Below are positions 1 through 9,967 of a stretch of 25,745 bases of DNA, in pieces. The notes under the pieces were generated by a model that had not been told where the DNA came from, did no database searches, and saw nothing but the letters and a program-made list of their open reading frames with translations. Made by a program: the position numbers and the translations under genes. This DNA comes from Elusimicrobiota bacterium (lineage in GTDB: Bacteria; Elusimicrobiota; Elusimicrobia; Elusimicrobiales; UBA9959), in NCBI GenBank assembly GCA_036574205.1, contig JAINCQ010000031.1, forward strand, positions 1-25,745, in the 5' to 3' direction. Every line of letters starts with the position of its first letter. The stretch's first letter is position 1.

Positions 1-22
1 CCATTTTGAACCTCAACTTCAT
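1..22 (-). CDS. 5' end of a divergently transcribed gene (MKLRFKM...), runs off the window
   Basis: Minus strand reads AAGGAGG (37-31) then ATG (22-20) AAG TTG AGG TTC AAA ATG; only 7 codons are visible. Confidence 0.5.
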
Positions 23-55
23 AATGCAACCCTCCTTTATTGAGGGTTACATTAT
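21..55 (-). promoter_or_regulatory. 14-bp hairpin covering most of the SD and start codon of the minus-strand gene
   Basis: 21-34 pairs with 42-55 (one G-U on the minus RNA), 7-nt loop; RNA AUAAUGUAACCCUC-AAUAAAG-GAGGGUUGCAUUAU(G). Confidence 0.45.
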
Positions 56-121
56 ATAAATTTCAGTTACATTTTAAATGAGTTGACATTTAGCCTTATG
101 GTTACATTTTACATGATTTGA

Positions 122-1435
122 TTCGGGGAAAAAATAAACATAAAAGATGGAACTGAAATAACGACTGAAAGAGCTAGCAGCGTAGAAGTTTTTTTTGACA
201 ACGGCTCAAAAATTAAAATAGGACCTCTATCTTATTATAAGTTTGAACAGGAAACAGAAAAAGAGATAAATGGAACGCTTTTCATTGGAAAAGCAAGAAA
301 CTGGGTTAGGAGATATTCAAAGGAATATAAAATCAAAACTCCATCCGCAGTTTGTGGAGTAAGGGGGACAGATTTTCTTGTGGTTTCAGAAAAAGATATG
401 ACAAGGGTTGAAGTTTATGATGGAAGTGTTGAAGTATCTGATTTAAATAAAAGAAGCTTTATGATTACAAAAGGAGATTATATAGAGGTTTTGCCGACTG
501 GAATAACACAACCAAAAACAAATCCCAAACCCCCGCAGAATTTAGAAACATCTATTTCAGATTCAAAGCTTTTAGCAAAAAAAGAAATTTATAGTGAAAT
601 TTCCAGAGATGAGGTAATAAAAAAGGCTCAGCAGGAAATTCAAATGGCTGAATATCAGAATAGAAAAACTGCAATTGACGCATTTGGATTTAGAGTCAGA
701 ATGGAAGAGTATGTTACAAGACCTCAATCAAATCAGTTTAAATATGTTGTTTTAAATACAAGAGAAAATAGGTTTGATTTTGGAAAGATATTGTTTACTT
801 TTAATACAACATTACCAAAGGATCTTTCTGATGTTACAAAAAATATGAATAATTATTATGGAACATCCGCTCCTTCTATATATCTGACTGATATAAACAG
901 CATTATGTCAAATACGGTTGATAAAGTTACAGAAGAAGGAAGTGGGGGGAAGATGATTCCAGATGATACTAATAATCCTACAAAATGGACTCATTTTTTT
1001 ACCAACTACTTGTTTTATGCAGCTGGCAAAAATGAAGCTAATGAAAATGACGGTAAAGGAAGGCTTTTGTGGAGTTTTAGTGATGACAATAATAATGGAA
1101 AATATGATTCAAACGAGTTTTCGTATCTTGGAGGGGTAAAACCAACTTATAGTGTGTTATATCCGGATGGCGAAAATGTTTTGCATTCTGTAATTAAAAA
1201 TACTTATTCAGATTCAAATAACACATGGATAAGCGCTGAAGATTTTGTTGTTTTTGATAATGGAAAGGTTGCAGGTCTTGATGATTTTAAGTTAAATTCT
1301 GGTGAGGATAAAAATTCCTTTATTGATAAACTCAATTTTGAAAGGGTTTATAATAGTTCTCTTTTTAGCGATAAAATAGACCTTGTTTTTTCAGCAAAGT
1401 TATTAAAGGATATAGGAATTATAAATTTGAAATAA
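122..1435 (+). CDS. FecR-domain protein with long C-terminal extension; 5' end truncated or non-canonical start
   Basis: The frame of ORF 380..1435 stays open back to TGA at 119-121 and encodes DGTEITTERASSVEVFFDNGSKIKIG...KTPSAVCGVRGTDFLV, a typical FecR motif. No ATG/GTG/TTG between 122 and 380. DDNNNGKYDSNE resembles a Ca-binding loop. Confidence 0.75.
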   Translation, partial: FGEKINIKDGTEITTERASSVEVFFDNGSKIKIGPLSYYKFEQETEKEINGTLFIGKARNWVRRYSKEYKIKTPSAVCGVRGTDFLVVSEKDMTRVEVYDGSVEVSDLNKRSFMITKGDYIEVLPTGITQPKTNPKPPQNLETSISDSKLLAKKEIYSEISRDEVIKKAQQEIQMAEYQNRKTAIDAFGFRVRMEEYVTRPQSNQFKYVVLNTRENRFDFGKILFTFNTTLPKDLSDVTKNMNNYYGTSAPSIYLTDINSIMSNTVDKVTEEGSGGKMIPDDTNNPTKWTHFFTNYLFYAAGKNEANENDGKGRLLWSFSDDNNNGKYDSNEFSYLGGVKPTYSVLYPDGENVLHSVIKNTYSDSNNTWISAEDFVVFDNGKVAGLDDFKLNSGEDKNSFIDKLNFERVYNSSLFSDKIDLVFSAKLLKDIGIINLK

Positions 1436-1479
1436 GAGATTAAGATTGGGTTATTTATATGAATAAAAAAGGAGAAAGT

Positions 1480-2670
1480 ATGAAGTTTTTAACTGCACTG
1501 ATTTTATTTTTTATCACAAATAGTTATTGTGAGATGAAATTTAACCCGTCATTTAATCTTTCTATTTCTGGGGGAAAATATTATCTGGATGACAGATCTT
1601 CTTCCCTTGATTTAAATCTTGATGCTATTTTATCTCCTGTTTTAAGTTTTGATGAAAATAGATCATTATATCCAACATATATTGGCTATTATAGGGGGGT
1701 TCAGGATATCGAGGAGCTTGTTGGCGGGGATGTGTTGGTCAGGCAGAGGATGGGACATAGTTTTTCTTTAAAGTATGTTTATTTAAAGGATTTTAACTAT
1801 ATAAAACCAAGATTTTCTTATTCAATCAATTATATAAATGAAACAAAAGATGAAAATTGGGGAGAAGGTCTTTTTGATTATAGGACTCTTTCATTTGGCA
1901 TTGAGTTTGAGCAGGAAAGACCGAATGCTAGCTATAAAGAATATTTTGATTTTTTTTCGGTAGACTATCCTAATTACTCAACTCTTTTAAGCAAAGCTGA
2001 TACTGTTATAGACACAACAACCTATAGTGAACTCAGCCAAAATGCTGGCAAAGATGTTTTAAATTCAAGAAATTATAGAGCTGGTATTTCCTATACAATA
2101 TTCCCTAAAAATTTAACTCTTACGTCTTCTCTTAATTTTACATATAAAGATTATTTTGATCAGGCTCTGGTAAATGAAAGTGGCGGGTTTGATTCGGATA
2201 AGAGAAGAGATTTATTAACTGAAGCGGGATTAAATCTTGAAAAATCAGATAAAAAACTTTATATGGGAGTTTCTTTTTATTTTAACTGGCTTAAATCCAA
2301 TCAGAACTCATATGATGCATCAAGAACAAAATATATAGAAGATTATTATAGCTATCTTTCCTTTGATATAACACCAAAAATCACTATAAATTTGAAAAAT
2401 AAAGGTAGTTTTAGTTACTTTTTTTCATATAACAGATTAAATTATCTTGGAAGACTTTCTCAGGATATAAATGGGGATTATTTAAGCTCAAAGATATATC
2501 AAAATTTTTATATAAATTCTTTAGCTGTTAAGTATGAAGTTAGTAAAAACCTTTATGCAAATGCCAGTTATTCATATCAGGTTGTAGATTCCAATATGAG
2601 GTATGAAGCAGGGTATAGGTATAATTACAAATCAAGCAATTTTATGTTTGGGATTAGCTGGGAGTTTTAA
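1480..2670 (+). CDS. Outer-membrane beta-barrel protein, function unknown
   Basis: SD AAGGAG before ATG 1480 (preferred to 1459); signal peptide MKFLTALILFFITNSYC; Tyr/Phe-rich amphipathic strands; C-terminal beta-signal FMFGISWEF. Confidence 0.75.
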   Translation: MKFLTALILFFITNSYCEMKFNPSFNLSISGGKYYLDDRSSSLDLNLDAILSPVLSFDENRSLYPTYIGYYRGVQDIEELVGGDVLVRQRMGHSFSLKYVYLKDFNYIKPRFSYSINYINETKDENWGEGLFDYRTLSFGIEFEQERPNASYKEYFDFFSVDYPNYSTLLSKADTVIDTTTYSELSQNAGKDVLNSRNYRAGISYTIFPKNLTLTSSLNFTYKDYFDQALVNESGGFDSDKRRDLLTEAGLNLEKSDKKLYMGVSFYFNWLKSNQNSYDASRTKYIEDYYSYLSFDITPKITINLKNKGSFSYFFSYNRLNYLGRLSQDINGDYLSSKIYQNFYINSLAVKYEVSKNLYANASYSYQVVDSNMRYEAGYRYNYKSSNFMFGISWEF

Positions 2671-2732
2671 TAAGAAAACTTTTAAGGTGATATGAATAAA
2701 AGTTGTTTCGGTAAATAAAAAAAGGAGAGGTT

Positions 2733-5700
2733 ATGAATAAAAATATTATAAAAAAGCTAATCATAGCAATAATGTTTTTTTCTCAAATGGATCTTTATTC
2801 TCAAACTAATTCAAATCAAGTAGTGGTTGGTAATATAAATCAACCTTCAGGTGCTATTTATGGTCAGATGGGATGGGAAAATCCAATTGATATAAAAACG
2901 ATTGGTGAAGATGTTTTTGTACTTGCAAAAAATAATTCCACATCAGAAACTTATCTTATTAAATATTCCTCAGGTGTTTTTATTTCATCAAGTATTGTTT
3001 CATCCAATAGTATGGATGACTATAAATATGTGATCGGGGATAATAACTATTTATATCTTGCTGGAAATAATTATACAGAAAACCAGAATGTGATTATTTC
3101 AAAATATGATTATAACTTAGCATTTGTATCATCTGTCACTTATTCAGGAGGAGGTTTAGACCTGAAATCAATTACTATGGATTCTGCCAATATATATGCC
3201 TGTATTAACTCTAATCCTGGTAGTGGCAATCTGGTAAGAATAAATACCATCTCATTATCTACTACTGCAATTGTAGCTTTGCCTGAGAATTGTGAGGAAA
3301 GAGGTTTGCTTGAAAATTCCGAAGTTTTATATTCTTTGCTTGAAAATTCATGGACCCTTTATATAGCCGCTGCTTCCGTTTCTAATTTATCTTTTTCTAC
3401 TTTTTCTTTATTTTCTGTTATGCCTTCAATACCTAAATATGTTGGAATATCAAGTTCAAATTTATTTATTTTGTCATGTCCTTCATATGAAAGATGCGAT
3501 ACCTATAAATATGACATAAATGATTTTTCTGCCTTTATTTCATCAGAAACATTAATATTATTTCCAATGCTTCCAGATACCCCTCCATCCGGATCTTTCC
3601 CATTTGCAGTTATTGACTCTGTAATTTCCGTTGGTTATTCCAAATACAATCCTGTAACCAATAAAAATAGTTTTGCTGTTAATATTTATTCAACTTCAGA
3701 TTTTAAACTTATAAATGAGTTTAATATTGAAACACTGGAAGAGAATATATTAAGAAAAATGGATATGTCTTATGGTATTTCAGGCAGCACTTTATATGTA
3801 ACAGGTGAAACTTATTTCTGTAAAAACTTTGGATGCGATAATGATATAAGAACTGTTGCTATAAAAGATATAGACAAAATAACAAATAATCCGCCTGTTT
3901 TAAGTTTTCCACCTGAGTTCGTTTATGAAGCTGGCGTTGCACCTTCAAGAGTTGTTCCTTTAGGTATGCCAGTCACTTTTTATGTTGAATATCGTGATTT
4001 TGATGGAGATGATCCAAATTATGTAAAAGTTATAATAAATGGTAGCAACTATGACATGAGTTTTGTAAGCTCGGATTCATTAACAGGAATCATGCTCTTT
4101 TCTTATTCTACAACACCTTTAGCTGGAGTATATACATTTAAATTTGAGGCTCAAGACAATCAAGGAAATTTTGCTTTGGGTTATCCTGTTGAAAATGAAA
4201 ATAATCTTATTGTTGTTAAAGGTTTTTATGGCTCATTTGCAAATAACGATAAAACTGTTAACCTTGAAATTCCAAATGAAGAATTTAGTAAAAAACTTAT
4301 TCTTTCACAATCAGGCGAAGAAATATACCTGCTTTCTAATAATTCAGAGGGAGGTTCTTTTGTCGGAAAACTTTCAAGTGCCACAAACATAGAAAACGAA
4401 ATGTATCTTCCTTTTATGGAAAAAGATGAGTTTGTTATACATGATATGGTGGCTCAGGGCGATGGATATCAGATATTAGCTTCCTCACGAGTTTCTGAAA
4501 ATAATTATGAATTTTTCACAGCTACTATGACTTCTAATTTTCAAATAGTAGCATCTTCTACTATTGTTTCTGGTTTACAAGATATTCAGGGAAGATTTAG
4601 TCTTTATTTAAATAATGGAAATAGATATATATTTGTTGATGGTGATGATAGTTTTATGGTTCTAAAATGCGATAATACTAATTGTACTTTTTCCAATGAA
4701 ATAAAAATAGTTGAAGGACCTGCTAGCCAGAAGAAAACTAAACTTTCAAAAGGATTTATTGATGGTGATTTGGTGTATGTTGTGGGGTATTATTATAAAG
4801 ACGATTCTTCTCAGTCAGATATAAATGGTTTTATCGGCAAATTGAAAACAGATTTAACTGATTTTGAAATTGTTTCAACATTTACAGCGCCGGGAGTGAT
4901 AAGTTTTGATAGATTTATTGACTTTGTAAAACAGGGAGGCTATTTTTACGTTAGCGGATATTCAAATAATGGTGTTAAAAATTATGGCTTTATTTTAAAA
5001 TATGATGAAAATTTACAGCTTTCAGATAGTAGATTGTTTAATATTGGTAAAAGTGATGTTGTTAAAAGTATACTTATTGATAATGGAAAAATTGTTATAG
5101 CTGGAGATACAATAAGGGAAGAAAATCTTTCTCAAACCAGAAGTCCTTTTCTTGTTAAATTTGATACTGTAACTCTTGATATGACTTCTCTATACTTTTA
5201 TCCCTTTAATAATCAGTATGATATACACTATCAAGATGCTAAAATATCTGATTCAAATGTATATTTAGTTACTGATGTTAAATCTCCTATTCCTTCATAT
5301 AAGTCAGATTCAAAGATAGAGAAGAAGATATTAAGTGATATTATTGGAGACAATCAGGAAGTTAATGTTAATGTTGTGGTAAAAAGCACAAATAACGCTG
5401 GACTTGAGGATGTGGAAATAGTTCTGGTTCCTTTTGAATCAAGAAAAGTAAATATTGGTAAGGTCAAAACAGGTTATATTACTTCTTCAGATGGTTCTGT
5501 CCAATTAAAAGCCCTTAAAAATACAACTTATCTGGTTGCCTTATCTACACCGGGTTATTCCCCAACTATAAAGCAGCAATTTATGGACCCATATCAGAGG
5601 TTTATAAAAACTTTTAATGACAATACTACTGTAAACTATACTCTTTCAAAAATAAATACACCTTCAAATACTTTTAAGGTTATTGTAAATAATATTGTCA

Positions 5701-8700
5701 AAGGTTATCCTGTTTTTGTTTCGCTTGAATTGGTTGGAGTAAAAGAGCCAGTTGCTTTTGGTTTTGCAAAGGCAACTGATACTGTTATAACAGTTGATCT
5801 TTATAACGTTCCGAATTTAGAGTCTGGAAAGTATAAGATAGATGTTTCAGTTCCAGAGATATTATCTAAAAACGAAATACTTTACTCTAATTTTCCTGCA
5901 ACATATACCGCTTTAGCAAATTATATTGTAGATTTTTTAAGTGCTGGTCCAGCTGGGGGAAGCTATGAAGAACAAAAGCAACAAATTCAGCCTGTTTTTA
6001 CTGGGACTATTTTTGATACAAGTGGAAATCCAGTTTTAAATGCTCAGGTTAAAATATCAGCAGGAAATTATAGCGAAATAAAATATACAGATGCAAACGG
6101 AAAATTTGCTTTTTACACTTCTACATCTGTTATAGGATATACTGATGTTGATGTTTATATTAATAAAAAAGGATATACATCAGGTGGCGCTCATAGATGG
6201 CTTCCACTTTATGAATGGACACATTCTATCGCCCCTGCTACTTATACCCTTTCAGGTTATCTAACTTATGATGGTATCCCGCTGCCGGGTATAAAGGTTA
6301 AGGCAGGTGGTTATGATAATAGTAAGTTTTCATTTGGTGGTGTTGATAGTTATAAACCTGAAGGATTTAATAAACAGATTCGCAGCAATAGTTTTGTCAT
6401 AACAGATTCAAGTGGATATTTTCTTGTTGAAGGACTTACTGATGGAAATGTTGGTTTATATGTTGATTATCCTGTCAGTAAATTTATAAATTTTGGAAAT
6501 GATGAATGGAATAGTCAAAATGACCCAAATGATGATATAAGAATAGTCATTTCATCATCTGGTGCAACTCCTCCGCAAGGAAACCTTTGCACAAGCGGAA
6601 AAGTCTGGATTTTAGATAGTTCAGGGACCTGTAAAGGTATTTCTCCATATACATTTGAACTTGCAAAACCAATAGTAGAAAATGCCACTCTAAAACTGTC
6701 TGTTAAATATGATGTTATTGGATCAACAGATACTGCGGCAACAATTTTAATAGCTGAAGATAAGCCTTCAGATGATAAAATAAAGAAGTTTGTTAGATTG
6801 CCATCAGGTCTTGTTTCTGGAACAACCTCATATATTATTCATCTTACAAGCAATACAAGATATTATTTTGAAATTATTTCAGATAAATGGGCTAATAGAG
6901 GTATGTTTGATTCATTTGATTTTACAAGTACTGATACTGTTAGTGGAGAAATTGTTCTTACGAGAGCTGGTAAACTAAAAGGCAAGGTTATAAAACCTGA
7001 TGGAAGTGTTTTAATGCCTAGATGCGAAACTCAGGGTTGTAAATGGCCAAGAATTTATATTAATTCTTTAGATAAATCATATAATGAATCTACTGATTTC
7101 TGGGTGGATGAATACTCTGAACCAATCTTTGAATTTCCAAATATCCCGGCTGGAAAATATAATTTGTCTTTTCAAATGGAAGGCTATCCAATATCAAGTA
7201 TTGAAAATGTTAGTGTAGAAGCTGGAAAAACTACTGAGGTGAAGTTTAATCTTATGGAAGGGCTTGTGGTCCAACCCAATATCACAAGTCTACCATCTTC
7301 AACCTACTATTATGCGATTTTAGCAATGCCATCTGGTTTTGAGATGAAATGGAAAAATATAAATGATTTGCTATTTAATGAAGAGGCTGGGGAAAAATAT
7401 CTCATAGGTTATGATAAAGATTCTCTTTCCTTTGAAAACAAATATCTTTCTTCTGGTAAATATGATTTTTATCTTGTTTTAGCTTCAAAATTTAATCCAG
7501 GGGATGATAATGAAGACCCTCAGTCTTTTAGAAGCTTTATTAATTTTATAGGCAGAGAGAAAAACAAGGTTATACAGAAAGACCCACAAAATCCAAATTA
7601 TGGAACCGTTTCTCAACCTGTATCTGATTTCAATCTCTATGGAAGTATAGGTAAATCTTCATTGTCCGGGAAAATTACTGGAAAAAATATATTTAAGGAA
7701 GGTGATTTTAATAAAATATTTTCTGGAAATATATCTTATCTTATTTCATTAATCCCATCGATTATGATATACGACAGTGCTGGGGAGTTAAGAGGATTTG
7801 CTCACAGTATTATGGATAGTGAGCAATCACTAAGTAATTTTATGTCAGCATTAACCGCAAAAAGCACTCAGACCATTGTGGATGTCTTTCAAAGCTCTTC
7901 ATCATATTATATTGCTGGTCTTCCAAATGGAAAATATACTGCTGTATTTTTAAGTCCAAATTATCCAGCCGTAACTAAAGAGATAACCATAAATGGATCG
8001 ACTGTATATAATTTTGATTTTGACAGCGTAAATATTTCTTCTTCTCTTTTAAGTGGTAAAATTGTTGATGAGTCTTCAAATGCAATAAAAGGTGTAAAAG
8101 TATATTTGAGTCATAAAACATTTGAAAAGACTATATATACTGATGATAATGGAAATTATTCAATAGATAACCTTCCACCCGGGCTTTATAAAATGGAGAT
8201 TTCAAAAGAAGGATATGTTTCAGACGGAAAGAAGTTTTCCATTGCCGCAAATGATAACATAAAATTTGATTTTACAATGAAAAAATCTCAGGGTTCAATA
8301 ATTGGAAAGGTTTATCTTTCAAAGTTCCCAAATACTCTTGTAAGTGCCGGTGTTAAAGTAATTGCCTATAATGAAACCAAGAATGTTAGTGGTGCAAATT
8401 ATATTTCTAAAATTGAGACAATAACATCGGATGATGGGAGTTATGAGATAAAGGGTATTGAGGCTGGAGATGATTATAGAGTTGTGGCATCATATCCGGG
8501 AAAACTTACCCAGACTATAATTGTCAAATCAACTAATGGTGTTACGATCGCAGATGATATTGTTTTTATAGATATTCCACCTCAAATAGATGTAAAACTT
8601 AAAAAAGATAAATCTTTGCTTGAGGTTAATATAAAAAGTCCTAAAGAGCTTTTGAGCACTCCTATTTGTGAATATGTTATAGGAAAATACAACCAGGACA

Positions 8701-9878
8701 ACTTTAATGAGGACAATGCTGTTCAGTTAGCTCTTGTAAAAGGACCGGCAAATACATACATTGGAAGATTTAATATCTCAAAACTTCAACCCTATTACAC
8801 AATCAGAGTAACTGCCGGAGATATGGAACAAATCCAGAAAATTATAAATTATGATGTGCTAAATGATATAGCAGCAGAAAATTATATTTCAGATCAAATA
8901 TATGTTGGGGGAGAAGTATATATGGATAAGGAAAATGAAGAATACAGTGGAATTGAAATGGATCCAGGGACATTTGTTCAATCAACAACAACTATTTCAG
9001 GTTATTCAGCTTCAAGAATAAAGGTTATGGGGGTAGGAGATGAAGGACTTATTGGAGGTTTTTTCTCTGCTCTTCCATCTATTAAGACTGTTAAAACTCC
9101 CAAGGGAGAGATGAGTTTATCTGAGGCTTTAACAAGTATTATGGCTTCAGAGATTTATGATATTGATATATCAAATGCTGAGCCAAATAAGTCTTTTACA
9201 TTGACTTTAAAATACGATAAGGAAAAAGCCATTGAAAATACCAATTCGCTTAAAATATATCAGTATAACGATGAGAGTAAACAATGGGAAAAGGTCAATG
9301 GAACATATACTGTAGACCCAATGCTTGGAACTGTTTCAGTTGAAATTCCAAGTTTTAAAATAAGCGAAACTAACAATGATACTGTTACACCATTTGGAAG
9401 GAAAAAGCTTGGTATGAGCGCAGTTGTAAACGGCAGATTTGTTCCTCAGGGAACAACTTCTTCTCAAACTGGAAGATTTGCAGTGTTTACTGCGATGCCG
9501 CCTACTGGAACTTCTTATGAGGGAAGTTCATTTGAAATATATAACATACCAAATCCATTTAACCTGAAACCAAAAACAGTTCCGATGTCAACTGATGTCG
9601 GCTCTTCTGGTGTAACTGGCAAAACTGAAGGAACCATTATTAAATATCATCTTCCATCTGGTAAATCTGGCAATATTAAACTTGTGATTTACAATATTGC
9701 TGGCGAGAAGGTAAGAACACTTGATGAGGGATATAGAAATGGTGGCCAGATATATTACTCGGAATGGGATGGTAGAAACGATAAAAATGAAAAATGCGCA
9801 AGTGGGGTTTATTTCCTTGTAGCATATTTAAATGGTGATAAAATTGGAAAGCCGCATAAGATGGCAATTATAAAATAA
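2733..9878 (+). CDS. Giant secreted/surface protein (2381 aa): probable beta-propeller regions, Ig-like and carboxypeptidase-regulatory-like repeats, C-terminal FlgD-Ig/T9SS type-A-like sorting domain
   Basis: SD AAGGAG; signal peptide; repeated G(T/K)I.D..GN.(V/I).(N/G)..V...TD.NG.(F/Y) units; C-terminus IYNIPNPFN...IKLVIYNIAGEKVRTL...WDGRNDKNEKCASGVYFL...KMAIIK. Confidence 0.85.
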   Translation: MNKNIIKKLIIAIMFFSQMDLYSQTNSNQVVVGNINQPSGAIYGQMGWENPIDIKTIGEDVFVLAKNNSTSETYLIKYSSGVFISSSIVSSNSMDDYKYVIGDNNYLYLAGNNYTENQNVIISKYDYNLAFVSSVTYSGGGLDLKSITMDSANIYACINSNPGSGNLVRINTISLSTTAIVALPENCEERGLLENSEVLYSLLENSWTLYIAAASVSNLSFSTFSLFSVMPSIPKYVGISSSNLFILSCPSYERCDTYKYDINDFSAFISSETLILFPMLPDTPPSGSFPFAVIDSVISVGYSKYNPVTNKNSFAVNIYSTSDFKLINEFNIETLEENILRKMDMSYGISGSTLYVTGETYFCKNFGCDNDIRTVAIKDIDKITNNPPVLSFPPEFVYEAGVAPSRVVPLGMPVTFYVEYRDFDGDDPNYVKVIINGSNYDMSFVSSDSLTGIMLFSYSTTPLAGVYTFKFEAQDNQGNFALGYPVENENNLIVVKGFYGSFANNDKTVNLEIPNEEFSKKLILSQSGEEIYLLSNNSEGGSFVGKLSSATNIENEMYLPFMEKDEFVIHDMVAQGDGYQILASSRVSENNYEFFTATMTSNFQIVASSTIVSGLQDIQGRFSLYLNNGNRYIFVDGDDSFMVLKCDNTNCTFSNEIKIVEGPASQKKTKLSKGFIDGDLVYVVGYYYKDDSSQSDINGFIGKLKTDLTDFEIVSTFTAPGVISFDRFIDFVKQGGYFYVSGYSNNGVKNYGFILKYDENLQLSDSRLFNIGKSDVVKSILIDNGKIVIAGDTIREENLSQTRSPFLVKFDTVTLDMTSLYFYPFNNQYDIHYQDAKISDSNVYLVTDVKSPIPSYKSDSKIEKKILSDIIGDNQEVNVNVVVKSTNNAGLEDVEIVLVPFESRKVNIGKVKTGYITSSDGSVQLKALKNTTYLVALSTPGYSPTIKQQFMDPYQRFIKTFNDNTTVNYTLSKINTPSNTFKVIVNNIVKGYPVFVSLELVGVKEPVAFGFAKATDTVITVDLYNVPNLESGKYKIDVSVPEILSKNEILYSNFPATYTALANYIVDFLSAGPAGGSYEEQKQQIQPVFTGTIFDTSGNPVLNAQVKISAGNYSEIKYTDANGKFAFYTSTSVIGYTDVDVYINKKGYTSGGAHRWLPLYEWTHSIAPATYTLSGYLTYDGIPLPGIKVKAGGYDNSKFSFGGVDSYKPEGFNKQIRSNSFVITDSSGYFLVEGLTDGNVGLYVDYPVSKFINFGNDEWNSQNDPNDDIRIVISSSGATPPQGNLCTSGKVWILDSSGTCKGISPYTFELAKPIVENATLKLSVKYDVIGSTDTAATILIAEDKPSDDKIKKFVRLPSGLVSGTTSYIIHLTSNTRYYFEIISDKWANRGMFDSFDFTSTDTVSGEIVLTRAGKLKGKVIKPDGSVLMPRCETQGCKWPRIYINSLDKSYNESTDFWVDEYSEPIFEFPNIPAGKYNLSFQMEGYPISSIENVSVEAGKTTEVKFNLMEGLVVQPNITSLPSSTYYYAILAMPSGFEMKWKNINDLLFNEEAGEKYLIGYDKDSLSFENKYLSSGKYDFYLVLASKFNPGDDNEDPQSFRSFINFIGREKNKVIQKDPQNPNYGTVSQPVSDFNLYGSIGKSSLSGKITGKNIFKEGDFNKIFSGNISYLISLIPSIMIYDSAGELRGFAHSIMDSEQSLSNFMSALTAKSTQTIVDVFQSSSSYYIAGLPNGKYTAVFLSPNYPAVTKEITINGSTVYNFDFDSVNISSSLLSGKIVDESSNAIKGVKVYLSHKTFEKTIYTDDNGNYSIDNLPPGLYKMEISKEGYVSDGKKFSIAANDNIKFDFTMKKSQGSIIGKVYLSKFPNTLVSAGVKVIAYNETKNVSGANYISKIETITSDDGSYEIKGIEAGDDYRVVASYPGKLTQTIIVKSTNGVTIADDIVFIDIPPQIDVKLKKDKSLLEVNIKSPKELLSTPICEYVIGKYNQDNFNEDNAVQLALVKGPANTYIGRFNISKLQPYYTIRVTAGDMEQIQKIINYDVLNDIAAENYISDQIYVGGEVYMDKENEEYSGIEMDPGTFVQSTTTISGYSASRIKVMGVGDEGLIGGFFSALPSIKTVKTPKGEMSLSEALTSIMASEIYDIDISNAEPNKSFTLTLKYDKEKAIENTNSLKIYQYNDESKQWEKVNGTYTVDPMLGTVSVEIPSFKISETNNDTVTPFGRKKLGMSAVVNGRFVPQGTTSSQTGRFAVFTAMPPTGTSYEGSSFEIYNIPNPFNLKPKTVPMSTDVGSSGVTGKTEGTIIKYHLPSGKSGNIKLVIYNIAGEKVRTLDEGYRNGGQIYYSEWDGRNDKNEKCASGVYFLVAYLNGDKIGKPHKMAIIK

Positions 9879-9967
9879 AAGCGATAAGGAATAGAGGATC
9901 TAATATGGTTGGATATGAATCTATTAAGACATTGAGAAGTAGAAGGAAGAAAATTTAGGGAGGAAAA

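Noticed and set aside
1456..2745. Recurrent TATGAATAAAA at 1458, 2691 and 2732
   Set aside because: Low-complexity AT-rich motif overlapping start regions; cannot be separated from chance.
4144..9867. Short ORFs 4144..4392, 6790..6978 (+) and 9676..9867 (-)
   Set aside because: Alternate-frame or antisense shadows inside the 2381-aa gene, with no recognisable motifs.
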